Shown in pieces: positions 1 to 10,122 of a stretch of DNA of 64,000 bases (positions are counted from its first letter, which is position 1; each line of letters opens with the position of its first letter). Location of the stretch: the IMG/VR virus record IMGVR_UViG_3300036971_000130. One strand, written 5' to 3'. The notes beneath the pieces are model-generated. The model searched no databases and was not told the DNA's origin. It worked only from the letters and a program-made list of their open reading frames with translations. This DNA comes from a virus. Its lineage: Duplodnaviria > Caudoviricetes. The translations under genes were made by a program, and so were the position numbers.

Positions 1-3000
1 GTTGGCGTTGAGGTCGTGCCAGACGAAGTCACCAACCGATGCGGGAAGGTACGCACCGAGGTCGATGGTGTCGTCCTCGTCGCCCGATTCGAGGGTCACC
101 GTGGTGGTGAGACCGTTCGAGTCGGTGGCCGGGGTACCAGCGCCCTCAGGCGACAGTTCGTAGCCGTCCGACGTGGTGAAGGTGACCGTGTACTCACCAG
201 GAACGAGATCGGTGAACTCGTAGGCACCGTTCTCGTCGGTGGTGGTCGTGTCGGTGAAGCCGTCGGGACCGGAGATGGTCACCGTGACACCCTCGATGCC
301 AGGCTCGCCAGCATCCTGCACGCCGTTGGCGTTGAGGTCGTTCCAGACGAAGTTGCCGACGGTGGCCGGACGGTAGAGACCGAGGTCGATCGTCGGATCG
401 TTGTCACCAGCGGACAGGACCACCGAGGTGACGAGTCCGTTGGAATCGACGGTCCGGTCGGTGCCGACCGCAGTCGGGGACGGGGTCCACGACGGGGACA
501 GGAAGGTCACCTGATAGGTGCCGGGCACGAGATCGGTGAACTCGTAGGCACCGTTCGAGTCGGTGACGACATCGGCGGTGAACCCAGCCGGTCCGAGGAC
601 ACGGACGGTGACACCAGCGATGCCCGGCTCACCGGCATCCTGGATGCCGTTGGCGTTCAGGTCGTGCCAGACGAAGTCACCGAAGGAGGCGAGTTCGTAG
701 ACGCCGAGGTCGATGGTCGGGTTGTTCTCACCGGAAGCGAGGACGATCGTGGTCGTGAGACCGTTGGAGTCGACCGCACGATCGGTTCCGACAGCCGTCG
801 GGGAGATGACGTGACCAGCAGGCGTCGTGAACGTGACGGTGTACGAGCCGGGGACGAGGTCCGTGAACTCGTAGGCACCATCGGCGTCAGTGGCCGTCGT
901 GTCGGTGAAGCCAGCCGGACCGGTGATGGTCACGGTGACACCCTCGACACCGTTCTCGCCAGCATCCTGCACGCCGTTGGCGTTCGTGTCGTACCAGACG
1001 AAGTCACCGACCGAAGCGAACTCGTAGAGACCGAGGTCGACGGTCGAGTTCGTGACGCCGCCAGCGAGAGCGACCGTGGTCGTGAGACCGTTGGAGTCGA
1101 CCGCACGGTCGGTGCCAACCAGAGCCGGGGACAGGTTGTAGCCGTCCGGCGTGGTGAAGGTGACCGTGTAGGTGCCGGGCACGAGATCGGTGAACTCGTA
1201 GGCACCGTTCTCGTCGGTGGTGGTCGTGTCGGTGAAGCCGTCGGGACCGGAGATGGTCACCGTGACACCTTCGATGCCAGGCTCGCCAGCGTCCTGCACG
1301 CCGTTGGCGTTGAGGTCGTTCCAGACGAAGTCACCAACGGTTGCGACCTGGTAGACGCCGAAGTCGATCGTCGGGTCGCTCTGACCGCCGGTCAGCGTGA
1401 CCGTCGAGGTGAGACCGTTCGAGTCGTTGTCGTCGTCGCCGGTGTTGGCCGGGGACTCGGTGTAGCCGTCGGGCGTGGTGAACGTGACGGTGTAGGTGCC
1501 CGGCGGAAGGTCGATGAACGAGTAGTTGCCGTTGGCGTCGGTGACGACCGAAGCAGCCTCGTCATCGGAGTTCGTCAGGGTCACCGTGACACCAGCGAGA
1601 CCGGGCTCGCCAGCATCCTGGATGCCGTTGGCGTTCAGGTCGTTCCAGACCCGGTCACCGAGCGAGGCAAGCTGGAAGATGCCGTAGTCGATGGAGAGGT
1701 TCGTCTCGGCGTTGCCGAGGACGACCGTGACAGCGGCACCGTCGGAGTCGACCTCATCGTCGGTTCCGGCGTTGTACGGAGCAGCGATCCAGCCGGTCGG
1801 CTCGGTGAAGGTCACCACGTAGGTGCCAGGCGGGAGGTCGCTGAACAGGTACTTGCCGTCGGCATCGGTCACCGTGTTGACGGTCCCGTCGGGGCCGTTG
1901 AGGGAGACACCGACACCGGGGACACCAGGCTCACCGGCATCCTGGATGCCGTTGCCGTTCAGGTCGTTCCAGACCGTGTCACCGATGGCCCCGGTCTGGT
2001 AGATGCCGAGGTCGATCGTGCCGTTGTGCTCACCAGCCGCCAGCGTGACGTTGGAGTTGGCACCGTTGGAGTCGACAGCCGTGTCCGTTCCAGCGTTGGT
2101 CGGGGAGGCCGAGTAGCCGGTCGGGATGATGAAGTCGACGGTGTAGGAACCGGGAGCGAGACCGGTGAACTCGTAGGAGCCGTCGGAGCCGGTCGTGGTG
2201 ATGGCTACGACGAGACCGTCACGAAGGAGGGTCACGACGACACCTTCGACGCCGTCCTCGGTTCCATCCTGGATGCCGTCGCTGTTGGTGTCGAGCCAGA
2301 CCCAGTCACCGAGCGAAGCAGGTTCGTAGAAGCCGTAGTCGATCGAGAGGTCTTCGTCGCCCGAAGCGAGGGTCACCTCGTAGTCGTTCGGGTTGGAGTC
2401 GTTCTCCGGGTCGTCGCCAACGCCGATGGGCGAAGCAACGAAGCCGTCGGGGGCCGTGACGTGCACCGTGTAGGTGCCGGGGTCCACCTCGAACTGGTAC
2501 CAGCCGTCACCATCGGTCTGCGTGGAGTCGATCACGTTGCCGTCGGCATCGAGCAGTTCGACGGTGACGTTCGGGATACCGAACTCGCCTTCCTCCTGGA
2601 TGCCGTTGGCGTTCGTGTCGTTCCAGACGACATCACCGAGCAGAGCGGTCGAGTAGAAGCCGGTGTCGATGGTCGGGTTGTCCTCGCCAGCGGTGAGGGT
2701 GACCGGGACACCGTTGCCGTCGGAGTCGATGGTGTTGTCGTCTCCGACCTGGTAGCCGGTCGGACGGCAGCGGCCGGGAACGATCCGGTTTTGACCACCA
2801 TTGTCGCCGGGGTCGAACGGTGGGGTGCAGCCGTTCGGGACATCGAAGACGATGACGTACTCACCGGGAGCGAGGTCGTGGAAGTAGTAGTTGCCGTTGG
2901 CGTCGGTCACCATCGAGGTGACGACGGAGCCATCGGGACGGGTGAGCCAGACGGTGGCACCTTCGATGCCGGGCTCGCCGTCATCCTGGATGCCGTTGGC

Positions 3001-6000
3001 GTTGATGTCTTCCCACACGAGGTTGCCGACCGAAGCGGTCTGGTACATGCCGAGGTCGATCGTCATGTTGTGGGTGTTCTCGGGGAGCGTCACGTTGGAG
3101 GTGAGACCGTTCGAGTCGTTCGCCGGGTCGCCACCAACACCAGACGGGGAGACCGTCCAGCCGGAGGGACGAACGAAGTTCACCGTGTAGGCACCGGGAG
3201 CCAGATTGTCGAACAGGTAGGCACCGTTGGCATCGGTCGTCGTCGTTGCGACAGTGAGGCCATCACGGACCAGGTTGACGGTGACGTTCGGGATTCCGAC
3301 CTCACCGGCGTTCTGGACACCGTTGCCGTTGACATCGTTCCAGACGAAGTCACCGATGGACGACGGACGGTAGAGGCCGAGGTCGATCGTCGGGTTGTTG
3401 TTGCCGTTGATCGTCACCGTCGAGGTGAGACCGTTGGAGTCGACCGAACGATCGGTGCCGACAGCCGTCGGGGATGCGACGTAGCCGGACGGAGCGGTGA
3501 AGGTGACGGTGTAGTCGCCAGCCGGGAGGTTCGTGAACGAGTAGGCACCGTTGGCGTCGGTCGTGCGGGTCTCGCTGTAGCCGTTCGGGCCGGTAGCGGT
3601 GACCGTGACACCGGAGATGTTCGGCTCCCCGGCATCCTGGATGCCGTTGGCGTTCACGTCGTGCCAGACCCGGTCACCGATGGAGCCGGGGACCCAGAGG
3701 CCGAGGTCGATCGACATGTTGGCTTCGCCGTTGCCGATCTCGACGGTCGTGGTGAGGCCGTTCGAGTCAGCTTCACGATCGGTCCCAACGGCCGTCGGAG
3801 ACAGCGTGTAGCCGGACGGCATCACGAAGGTGACGGTGTACTCGCCGGGAGTGAGGTCGTAGAAGCCGTAGACGCCTGTGGCGTCAGTGGTGGTCGTGGC
3901 GGTGACCCCACCGGGGCCAGCCAGGTTCACGGTCACACCAGCGATGCCGGGCTCACCGGCGTCCTGGATGCCGTTGGCGTTGAGGTCGTTCCAGACGAGG
4001 TCACCGACAGCGGCGGTCTGGTAGAAGCCAGCGTCGATGGTCAGGTTCGTGTCGTTGACCTCGGTGCCGGTGATGGTCACCGGGGCGTTGCCACCAACCG
4101 GGTTGGAGTCGACAGCACGATCGGAACCGACAGCCGAAGGCGAAGGGACGTGACCAGCGGGGGTCACGAACTGGACCGTGTAGGAGCCGATGCGGAGGTT
4201 CTCGAACAGGTAGTTGCCGTTGGCGTCGGTCGTCGTCGTGGCGATGACCGCACCGGTCGAGTTCAGCAGGCGGACGGTGGCGTTCGGGATGCCGTTCTCG
4301 CCAGCGTCCTGGATGCCGTCACGGTCGTCGTCGTACCAGACACGGTCACCGAGCGAGAAGGCACGGATGACCACGGTCACGTCGTTCGACCGGATCGGGA
4401 GGATCGGTCCGTCGGTACCGTTCCGGATCGAGCCACCGACATCGTTCGTGTAGATGTCGCCAGCAGCGTTGCCAGCCGTCGTCATCTGAACGGTGTAGGT
4501 CCGGGTCTCGCCGGAGCCGAGAGCGTTCGAGTCCTTGATGCGGACAGCGGTGACGGCACCCCAGTTGGTGATGCCAGCGGCAGCGACCCAGGTGGTCGAT
4601 CCGCCGGTCTGGTTGGAGGCAGCCAGCGGGTTGTAGGAGATCGAGGCCGGGGCGGCGGTCGTGTACTGGTAGGTGCGACCAGCGACAGCGGTGAGCGGCC
4701 CGGAGAGTCCGACGGTGCCGGAGAAGTCCGAGGCAGGTTCACGGTCGACGGAGTCGTCGCCGTTCCACGGGAGAATGTCGATCACGTCGATGGCGGCGAT
4801 CGTGGTCTCACCCTGGTTGGTGAGGATCAGGTCCCACGGGATCGTCGAGTTCGGGTAGTTGATCGCCGGAGCGGAGGTGCCCTTGGTGATGTTCAGTTCG
4901 TAGCGACCGACACGGAACGAGACGGCCTGCGTGTCGACCATCGGGTTCTGGGCGTCGGTTGCGCCGGTCGGCTGGACGATGCCTCCACCGACGACACGAG
5001 CGGTGTTGGTCCAGGAACCACCCGGCGTTGCGACGCCGACCTTGGCCCTGGCCGTGAACTCGATCTTGACGATCGAGTTGTTCGGGATCTTCGGGAGGGT
5101 CCAGACACGGTGGTTGGATGCGTTCAGGGTCGGCTCGATGTTCGAGGTCACGCCGTTGATGGTGACGACCGACGAACCAGCCTGGTAGTTGAACGGGGAC
5201 GAGGTCTGGCTGACCGACTCATCTCGGACCTGAAGGCCGGAGATGTTGCCGCCGGAGATGCCGGAGGTGTCGACATCGAGGCAGAACTGGACGGGAGCGC
5301 CGACAGCGATCTCTGGGGTTCCGGTCTCGCCACAGACGGTCTTGTCGAAGGCTGCGACAGCGTTCGTGGTGATGATCCGGTCACCGGAGCGGGAGTCACC
5401 GGTGTTGGCGGGGACGTTGTAGATGTCTGCCTTTCCATCGGGAGCGGTGTTCGTACCAATCCAGTAGGAGTCGTAGGCGTTCAGGTTGGTGTTACGGGTG
5501 AAGCCGTTGATACCGAGCGCCGTGTTGCCGTAGAAGCCGTTGGAGGAAGCGTTCCAGAAGCCGAGGACGGTTCCGTTGGTGTAGGAGCCGATGGTGAACG
5601 GGACACGGAGAGCGAGGACGATGGTCCGGTTCTCGTTGGTGGTCGCCGTGACAGCCGGGCGCATGTCGCCCCACGCACGAACGGCGTTGAACGTTGCCGG
5701 ACGGGTGTCGGACCACGTTGCGTCGGAGTCGTCGCACTGGGTGGTGGCCGAGATGCCCGAGATCGTGGCGTACTGGATGCGGATGGCACCGTGAGCCGGA
5801 GTCGTCAGCGTCGGGTTGCCGGTGAGGGACGATCCGTGGACATCAGCCACAGCGTTGCCGGAAGCAGTCATCGTCTGACGGAACTTCATGCAGACGGCGG
5901 TGCCCTGGATGTCGCCGGTGAAGCGGGACGGGTTGACGGCCGAGTAGGCGACAGCGTTCACCTGAGCGCCGGTGAAGGTCCGCTGCTCACCGCCGGTGCC

Positions 6001-7272
6001 GTAGTTCTGCGGGACGAACTGCGGGTAGAGGAAGGTCGAATACTGACCTTCGAGGGTGCCCGCTCCGGGGCCGAGGCCATAGGAACTGTTCACCCACGCC
6101 GAGAACTGGTTGCGGTACCCGAACTCGACGACCTTGAAGAACGAGGACGCTGCGGAGTTGTTGGTCGTGTTGAAATCGGAGACGTTCGCTCCGCCACCAC
6201 GGGGGACACCGACGACGTTCGTGATGTTCAGGGTGAAGGGGGTCGTGCCGACCGGGATGTCGGTCTCCGGCACGAAGATCGTGAGAGCGCCGGAGGTTAC
6301 GACTCGGTTCGACATGCCCGAAGCGGAGAGCGTCTCGTTGTTGAACCCGGTGACGGAGGTGTCGACCGTGGTGTCACCCGAAGACGAGAAGGTGCCAGCC
6401 CAGGCACCGGAGCCGGGGATGATCCACTCGGCCGAGTTGAACGCCACCGAGGAACCGCCGGGAGCAGCCTGCGAACGGAAGGGACCGGACGAGTTCAGAC
6501 CGAGAGGTGTCGTCTGGTGAGGGAACGCCATGTTGGTGTTCGTGGTCAGACGAGCGTTCGGGAACTGGGTCTGGATGTTCGCCCAGTTGGCGACGAAGGA
6601 GACCGACGACAGCGGCAGGGAACCGAAGGCACCGTCAGCGGACGTGCGAACGTCGATGGCGTAGGTCAGGAAGCGACCGGGAGTGCCACCAGCACTCGGG
6701 GTCTGTGTCGAAGCGATGAGACGGGTGGACACGTCGACACGGGGAACACCGGTGATTCGGATGGTCGGAGCGGACACGGGCGCTCCGCCGACGGTCACCG
6801 ACTGCGAGAGCAGGTCGTTGTTTTTCACGTCGCCGCTCGCCTGCACGGCGTAGTCGAGAGCGATCGTGGTTCCCTGTGTCATCGGTCCGAGGTTGCAGGT
6901 GAGGGTCTTCTGGTTTGCAGAGACCGACGACCCCGGCATGTTGCAGGCCTTCGGCGGGTTGATCCCGTCGTCGTTGGCGGAACCATCAAGGAACCGGCCG
7001 TTGGTCAGGGTGATGACCGAGACCACGTTGCCGACCGAATCGGCCCCGTTCTGGGAGACGTTGAGACGGAACTGAGCCTTGTCGTAGGTCGGGATCACAC
7101 CGTCGGTTGGCGACCCGGATGACGAGTCGGAGACGATGGAGAGCACAGCATCCGTTCGTGGAGGTCCGGTCTCCGCAGAAGCGATTGTTGCGAAGCTCGA
7201 AGCTCCGATCAGAACTGCGAGGATCGGCAGGAGCCGACGCACTCGCTTGTCGGATGTGACCCGTGCAGTCAT
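1..7272 (-). CDS. Giant secreted surface protein/adhesin with about 14 SdrD_B (CnaB-like) repeats; 3' end truncated by the window edge (>2424 aa)
   Basis: Manual minus-strand translation from ATG 7272 (RBS AAGGGA) gives MTARVTSDKRVRRLLPILAVLIGASSFATIASA|ETG, a signal peptide. Repeats of about 108 aa with GDFVWxDxNxNGxQDxGEPGxxGVTV...YxFxxLxPGxYxVxFxxP...xDxG occur every ~325 nt from 1 to 4350. It is absent from the ORF track because no stop lies inside the window. Confidence 0.93.
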   Translation of the reverse strand, partial: MTARVTSDKRVRRLLPILAVLIGASSFATIASAETGPPRTDAVLSIVSDSSSGSPTDGVIPTYDKAQFRLNVSQNGADSVGNVVSVITLTNGRFLDGSANDDGINPPKACNMPGSSVSANQKTLTCNLGPMTQGTTIALDYAVQASGDVKNNDLLSQSVTVGGAPVSAPTIRITGVPRVDVSTRLIASTQTPSAGGTPGRFLTYAIDVRTSADGAFGSLPLSSVSFVANWANIQTQFPNARLTTNTNMAFPHQTTPLGLNSSGPFRSQAAPGGSSVAFNSAEWIIPGSGAWAGTFSSSGDTTVDTSVTGFNNETLSASGMSNRVVTSGALTIFVPETDIPVGTTPFTLNITNVVGVPRGGGANVSDFNTTNNSAASSFFKVVEFGYRNQFSAWVNSSYGLGPGAGTLEGQYSTFLYPQFVPQNYGTGGEQRTFTGAQVNAVAYSAVNPSRFTGDIQGTAVCMKFRQTMTASGNAVADVHGSSLTGNPTLTTPAHGAIRIQYATISGISATTQCDDSDATWSDTRPATFNAVRAWGDMRPAVTATTNENRTIVLALRVPFTIGSYTNGTVLGFWNASSNGFYGNTALGINGFTRNTNLNAYDSYWIGTNTAPDGKADIYNVPANTGDSRSGDRIITTNAVAAFDKTVCGETGTPEIAVGAPVQFCLDVDTSGISGGNISGLQVRDESVSQTSSPFNYQAGSSVVTINGVTSNIEPTLNASNHRVWTLPKIPNNSIVKIEFTARAKVGVATPGGSWTNTARVVGGGIVQPTGATDAQNPMVDTQAVSFRVGRYELNITKGTSAPAINYPNSTIPWDLILTNQGETTIAAIDVIDILPWNGDDSVDREPASDFSGTVGLSGPLTAVAGRTYQYTTAAPASISYNPLAASNQTGGSTTWVAAAGITNWGAVTAVRIKDSNALGSGETRTYTVQMTTAGNAAGDIYTNDVGGSIRNGTDGPILPIRSNDVTVVIRAFSLGDRVWYDDDRDGIQDAGENGIPNATVRLLNSTGAVIATTTTDANGNYLFENLRIGSYTVQFVTPAGHVPSPSAVGSDRAVDSNPVGGNAPVTITGTEVNDTNLTIDAGFYQTAAVGDLVWNDLNANGIQDAGEPGIAGVTVNLAGPGGVTATTTTDATGVYGFYDLTPGEYTVTFVMPSGYTLSPTAVGTDREADSNGLTTTVEIGNGEANMSIDLGLWVPGSIGDRVWHDVNANGIQDAGEPNISGVTVTATGPNGYSETRTTDANGAYSFTNLPAGDYTVTFTAPSGYVASPTAVGTDRSVDSNGLTSTVTINGNNNPTIDLGLYRPSSIGDFVWNDVNGNGVQNAGEVGIPNVTVNLVRDGLTVATTTTDANGAYLFDNLAPGAYTVNFVRPSGWTVSPSGVGGDPANDSNGLTSNVTLPENTHNMTIDLGMYQTASVGNLVWEDINANGIQDDGEPGIEGATVWLTRPDGSVVTSMVTDANGNYYFHDLAPGEYVIVFDVPNGCTPPFDPGDNGGQNRIVPGRCRPTGYQVGDDNTIDSDGNGVPVTLTAGEDNPTIDTGFYSTALLGDVVWNDTNANGIQEEGEFGIPNVTVELLDADGNVIDSTQTDGDGWYQFEVDPGTYTVHVTAPDGFVASPIGVGDDPENDSNPNDYEVTLASGDEDLSIDYGFYEPASLGDWVWLDTNSDGIQDGTEDGVEGVVVTLLRDGLVVAITTTGSDGSYEFTGLAPGSYTVDFIIPTGYSASPTNAGTDTAVDSNGANSNVTLAAGEHNGTIDLGIYQTGAIGDTVWNDLNGNGIQDAGEPGVPGVGVSLNGPDGTVNTVTDADGKYLFSDLPPGTYVVTFTEPTGWIAAPYNAGTDDEVDSDGAAVTVVLGNAETNLSIDYGIFQLASLGDRVWNDLNANGIQDAGEPGLAGVTVTLTNSDDEAASVVTDANGNYSFIDLPPGTYTVTFTTPDGYTESPANTGDDDNDSNGLTSTVTLTGGQSDPTIDFGVYQVATVGDFVWNDLNANGVQDAGEPGIEGVTVTISGPDGFTDTTTTDENGAYEFTDLVPGTYTVTFTTPDGYNLSPALVGTDRAVDSNGLTTTVALAGGVTNSTVDLGLYEFASVGDFVWYDTNANGVQDAGENGVEGVTVTITGPAGFTDTTATDADGAYEFTDLVPGSYTVTFTTPAGHVISPTAVGTDRAVDSNGLTTTIVLASGENNPTIDLGVYELASFGDFVWHDLNANGIQDAGEPGIAGVTVRVLGPAGFTADVVTDSNGAYEFTDLVPGTYQVTFLSPSWTPSPTAVGTDRTVDSNGLVTSVVLSAGDNDPTIDLGLYRPATVGNFVWNDLNANGVQDAGEPGIEGVTVTISGPDGFTDTTTTDENGAYEFTDLVPGEYTVTFTTSDGYELSPEGAGTPATDSNGLTTTVTLESGDEDDTIDLGAYLPASVGDFVWHDLNAN

Positions 7273-7376
7273 GTGTTCCCTTGGTGGATGATCCGTCATC
7301 GGAGACCGATCGTGTGACACTAGTACGTTTGCGTGGCGATGTCACCACACTCTGTCAAAATTCTCTCAGGTTGCTC

Positions 7377-8033
7377 TCAGAGAAGGCCGGTGACCAGGGC
7401 AGAAGCCCATCGTCGAGCACCGGCATCGTAGGTTCCGTGAGCAACCGTCTGGAAGTGAACGAGGTCGTCGGACCGAACGGCGATACGGCCGTCCCGCCCG
7501 CAGTACGTCTTCTCCACAGACAGGCAGGGAAGGGTCTTGGTCCAAGCCCCTTCCGCTGAGACAGCCCTGCTGCCAGACTCGTCGACGCTCCACCCGAATC
7601 CCCGAGCCATCGCTGCGAGGCGATCGTTCAGGGCCGGATCGGGGTCGGTGTGGTGGCGAGGCGGAGGCACCGCCCACGTCACCGGGACCAACTGCTCCTT
7701 GGCGATCTTCGCCACACCGGCCAGAGCGGTCCGGTAGTTGTCGATGAATGCCTTGGAGCCAACCGCCAGGCCAGGTTCACCGGTGACCGGAGCACCCATG
7801 CAGGGCGTGAGGGAGTTGCCGTAGAACTCGATCACGAGACGATCGACCTTCGGCTTCGAGCGGAGCCTCTTGGTGATCGACGGGACCATGTCGCAGGGGG
7901 CGGTGCCGCCGAGGGCGTTGACCTCGGCCTTCCCGAGACCCTGAGCGGCGGTTTCCCACTCCAACTGAGCCCTGGCCTGCCAGGTGATCGAGTCACCGTA
8001 GAAGGCGACCATGATGGCGATGGATGCCCTCAC
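7377..8033 (-). CDS. SGNH/GDSL hydrolase-fold protein
   Basis: FYGDS block I, G block II, FYGN block III, DxxH (DLVH) near the C-terminus. Start is either GTG 8033, overlapping the upstream stop, or ATG 8012. Confidence 0.7.
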   Translation of the reverse strand: MRASIAIMVAFYGDSITWQARAQLEWETAAQGLGKAEVNALGGTAPCDMVPSITKRLRSKPKVDRLVIEFYGNSLTPCMGAPVTGEPGLAVGSKAFIDNYRTALAGVAKIAKEQLVPVTWAVPPPRHHTDPDPALNDRLAAMARGFGWSVDESGSRAVSAEGAWTKTLPCLSVEKTYCGRDGRIAVRSDDLVHFQTVAHGTYDAGARRWASALVTGLL

Positions 8034-9142
8034 CGAAGCATCGAGTCCGAGAACTCGTCCGGCCACACGCTGCCAGCCGGGCGGAGAGCTTCGACGTGAG
8101 GCACCAGACGTGCGCTGATCACATCGGACCGTCCAGCTTCGACAGCGGAGATCATCACCTTGACCGTGCGGTTCCAGATGTTGACGAAGCTGTCGCTGTG
8201 GGTCTTGGACCGGAGGAAGGATTCGAGGCCCTGAGCCAGAGCGAACAGGCGATCGTCGCCGCTGTTCCAGTTCACGATCGAGGGGTCACGCAGGACCGAC
8301 GGGATGTCGTAGAGGTCGTTGGCCTCGTACCACTGCATGAACTCGGTCGCAGCGCCTCGACCGACAGCACCGGCGAAGATCAGCGACATCGCCTCATGGT
8401 CCTTCGGCCGAAGTTCGACGGCCGCACGAGCGGCGTTGGTCCACGAACGAGGGGACGGCCAGATCACCGGGTCCTCGTGGTGCGTGGGGAGGTCACCTTC
8501 GAGCAGGTGGTTGCCACGGAGGAAGGTCGTGATGCCAGACCGAAATCGCATCCGGTGAGACTTCATCTCGTCGCCTTCGAGGTTGTGGATGAACTTCTCC
8601 ATCGGCTCGTACTCCATCTGCTCGAAGTCGATGGCGAAGCCGTCCAACCATGCCTCGGTCTGGAAGTCCCAGGTGAGATGGACGAAGCGGTTGGCGACCG
8701 GCATCGAGAGGGTCCAGCCGTCCGTGGCGATCCTTGCGGGGTTGGCGATGGCGACCATCCGCACACCTTCGAGGTGAAGCTCACCAACCCACCGCTCCTG
8801 CACAACACGCTGCTGGGCACGCTGGATTTCTGGGGCACCACCGAACTCGTCGAGCAGGAGGACCGAGCGTGGTTCGCTGGTTCCTGCCGCCCTCTCAGCG
8901 AGACGTGCTGCCCACTTGATCGGAGTGTAGGAGCCGTCCTCGGTGGCGAAACCGAGGAAGTCGGTCGCCTCACGGTTGGACCCGACGACAGTTTCGACGT
9001 AGAGGCCCCATCCTCGAAGCACCGACTCCAAGGTGGCGGTCTTTGCGATACCGGGGTTGCCCCACAGTAGGACGGGTACGTCAGCCTTGACGCACGCAGC
9101 GATCGCTCTCATCATCGGCTGGTTCGAGTAGTTGACTTTCAT
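8030..9142 (-). CDS. MoxR-like AAA+ ATPase (AAA_5 type)
   Basis: Walker A GNPGIAKT, Walker B LLLDE, AIANP, NRF and PSPRSW motifs; RBS AGGAG. Confidence 0.85.
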   Translation of the reverse strand: MKVNYSNQPMMRAIAACVKADVPVLLWGNPGIAKTATLESVLRGWGLYVETVVGSNREATDFLGFATEDGSYTPIKWAARLAERAAGTSEPRSVLLLDEFGGAPEIQRAQQRVVQERWVGELHLEGVRMVAIANPARIATDGWTLSMPVANRFVHLTWDFQTEAWLDGFAIDFEQMEYEPMEKFIHNLEGDEMKSHRMRFRSGITTFLRGNHLLEGDLPTHHEDPVIWPSPRSWTNAARAAVELRPKDHEAMSLIFAGAVGRGAATEFMQWYEANDLYDIPSVLRDPSIVNWNSGDDRLFALAQGLESFLRSKTHSDSFVNIWNRTVKVMISAVEAGRSDVISARLVPHVEALRPAGSVWPDEFSDSMLR

Positions 9143-9240
9143 CGTACTCCTGGTGGTCGGGACGGCCTACCCAACCATCATGGGTTGGCGAAGAACCCCT
9201 CCGAGGAAGGGTGCCGGTCCGTCAGTTCACCAGGAACCTA

Positions 9241-10122
9241 TCAGCCGGGGGTGACACTCCCAAGCGGCTCGCCGTAATTGTCGAACTCGGGCATCTCTCC
9301 GTAGCGGTGGAGAGGGAAGCTGTCACCGTCACGCTTCTTACGCCAGACCGTCGGGATACTCACCTCGGTGAATCCGTGCTTGGTCATGGTCCCACGGCGC
9401 TTGGGGGACGGTGTAATCCATCTCACCGAATCGCCGTCATCGTCCTTGACGCACCACTTCGATCCGTACTGCGTCGACACCATCCGGATGTCATCTCGGA
9501 CCTGCCCAGTTTCGAGATCGACGAGGTAGGTCTTGTCGTAGCTGAAGTACCTGTCGTCGGATTCGATGATCCCCAGCGAGCATTCCTCGCAGGTGCAGCC
9601 ACCGAGGTACTTCGTCGGGTGGCCGTGAGGTGCAACGAACGCACAGTCCTCGCAGGTGCAGCCGTACTCCAACCGAGAAAGCGTTCCGTGTTCACCGTAC
9701 TCAGCGGTGATCGCTGCTTCACGAGCTTCCGTCTCGGCGTCCCACTTCCTCCGACGGGCTTCAGCTTCGTCGAGTCGACGGGCGGCACGCCAGTCTCGCC
9801 AGTGCCGAGCGAGTTCCTCCCTGTTCATTCCGACTCGCTCGGCGCAGTCGGACCCGATGTCATGGACCGTTCCCGTCTTCGTGTCCTCGACGACGTAGCA
9901 GTTGATGATGGCGGTGCCACAGTTCGCACAGGTACCGCCCGGTTGGACCGGAGCGTCAGGGGCAGCCTGGAACACCTTGCGGGTGAAGCCCTTGATCTTG
10001 CACTGCGACAGCCAAGGGAGCGTCGACCCGAGGTCGACATCGGACTTCGAGTGCTCGACCGTCCCGAACTGGCCGTCGTTGCCAGCCTCTCCGGTGTGCT
10101 TCTTGCGGATCTTCTCGCTCAC
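9241..10122 (-). CDS. Cys/His-rich (Zn-binding) hypothetical protein with N-terminal R..GQF..H...DL tag
   Basis: GTG start at 10122 overlaps the upstream stop. CxxC...GSDC and two HG-x-GCTCExC motifs. Confidence 0.7.
   Translation of the reverse strand: MSEKIRKKHTGEAGNDGQFGTVEHSKSDVDLGSTLPWLSQCKIKGFTRKVFQAAPDAPVQPGGTCANCGTAIINCYVVEDTKTGTVHDIGSDCAERVGMNREELARHWRDWRAARRLDEAEARRRKWDAETEAREAAITAEYGEHGTLSRLEYGCTCEDCAFVAPHGHPTKYLGGCTCEECSLGIIESDDRYFSYDKTYLVDLETGQVRDDIRMVSTQYGSKWCVKDDDGDSVRWITPSPKRRGTMTKHGFTEVSIPTVWRKKRDGDSFPLHRYGEMPEFDNYGEPLGSVTPG

Noticed and set aside
16-7122. 2368-aa plus-strand ORF
   Set aside because: In-register antisense shadow of the SdrD_B adhesin; V/G/R/D-rich with no motifs.
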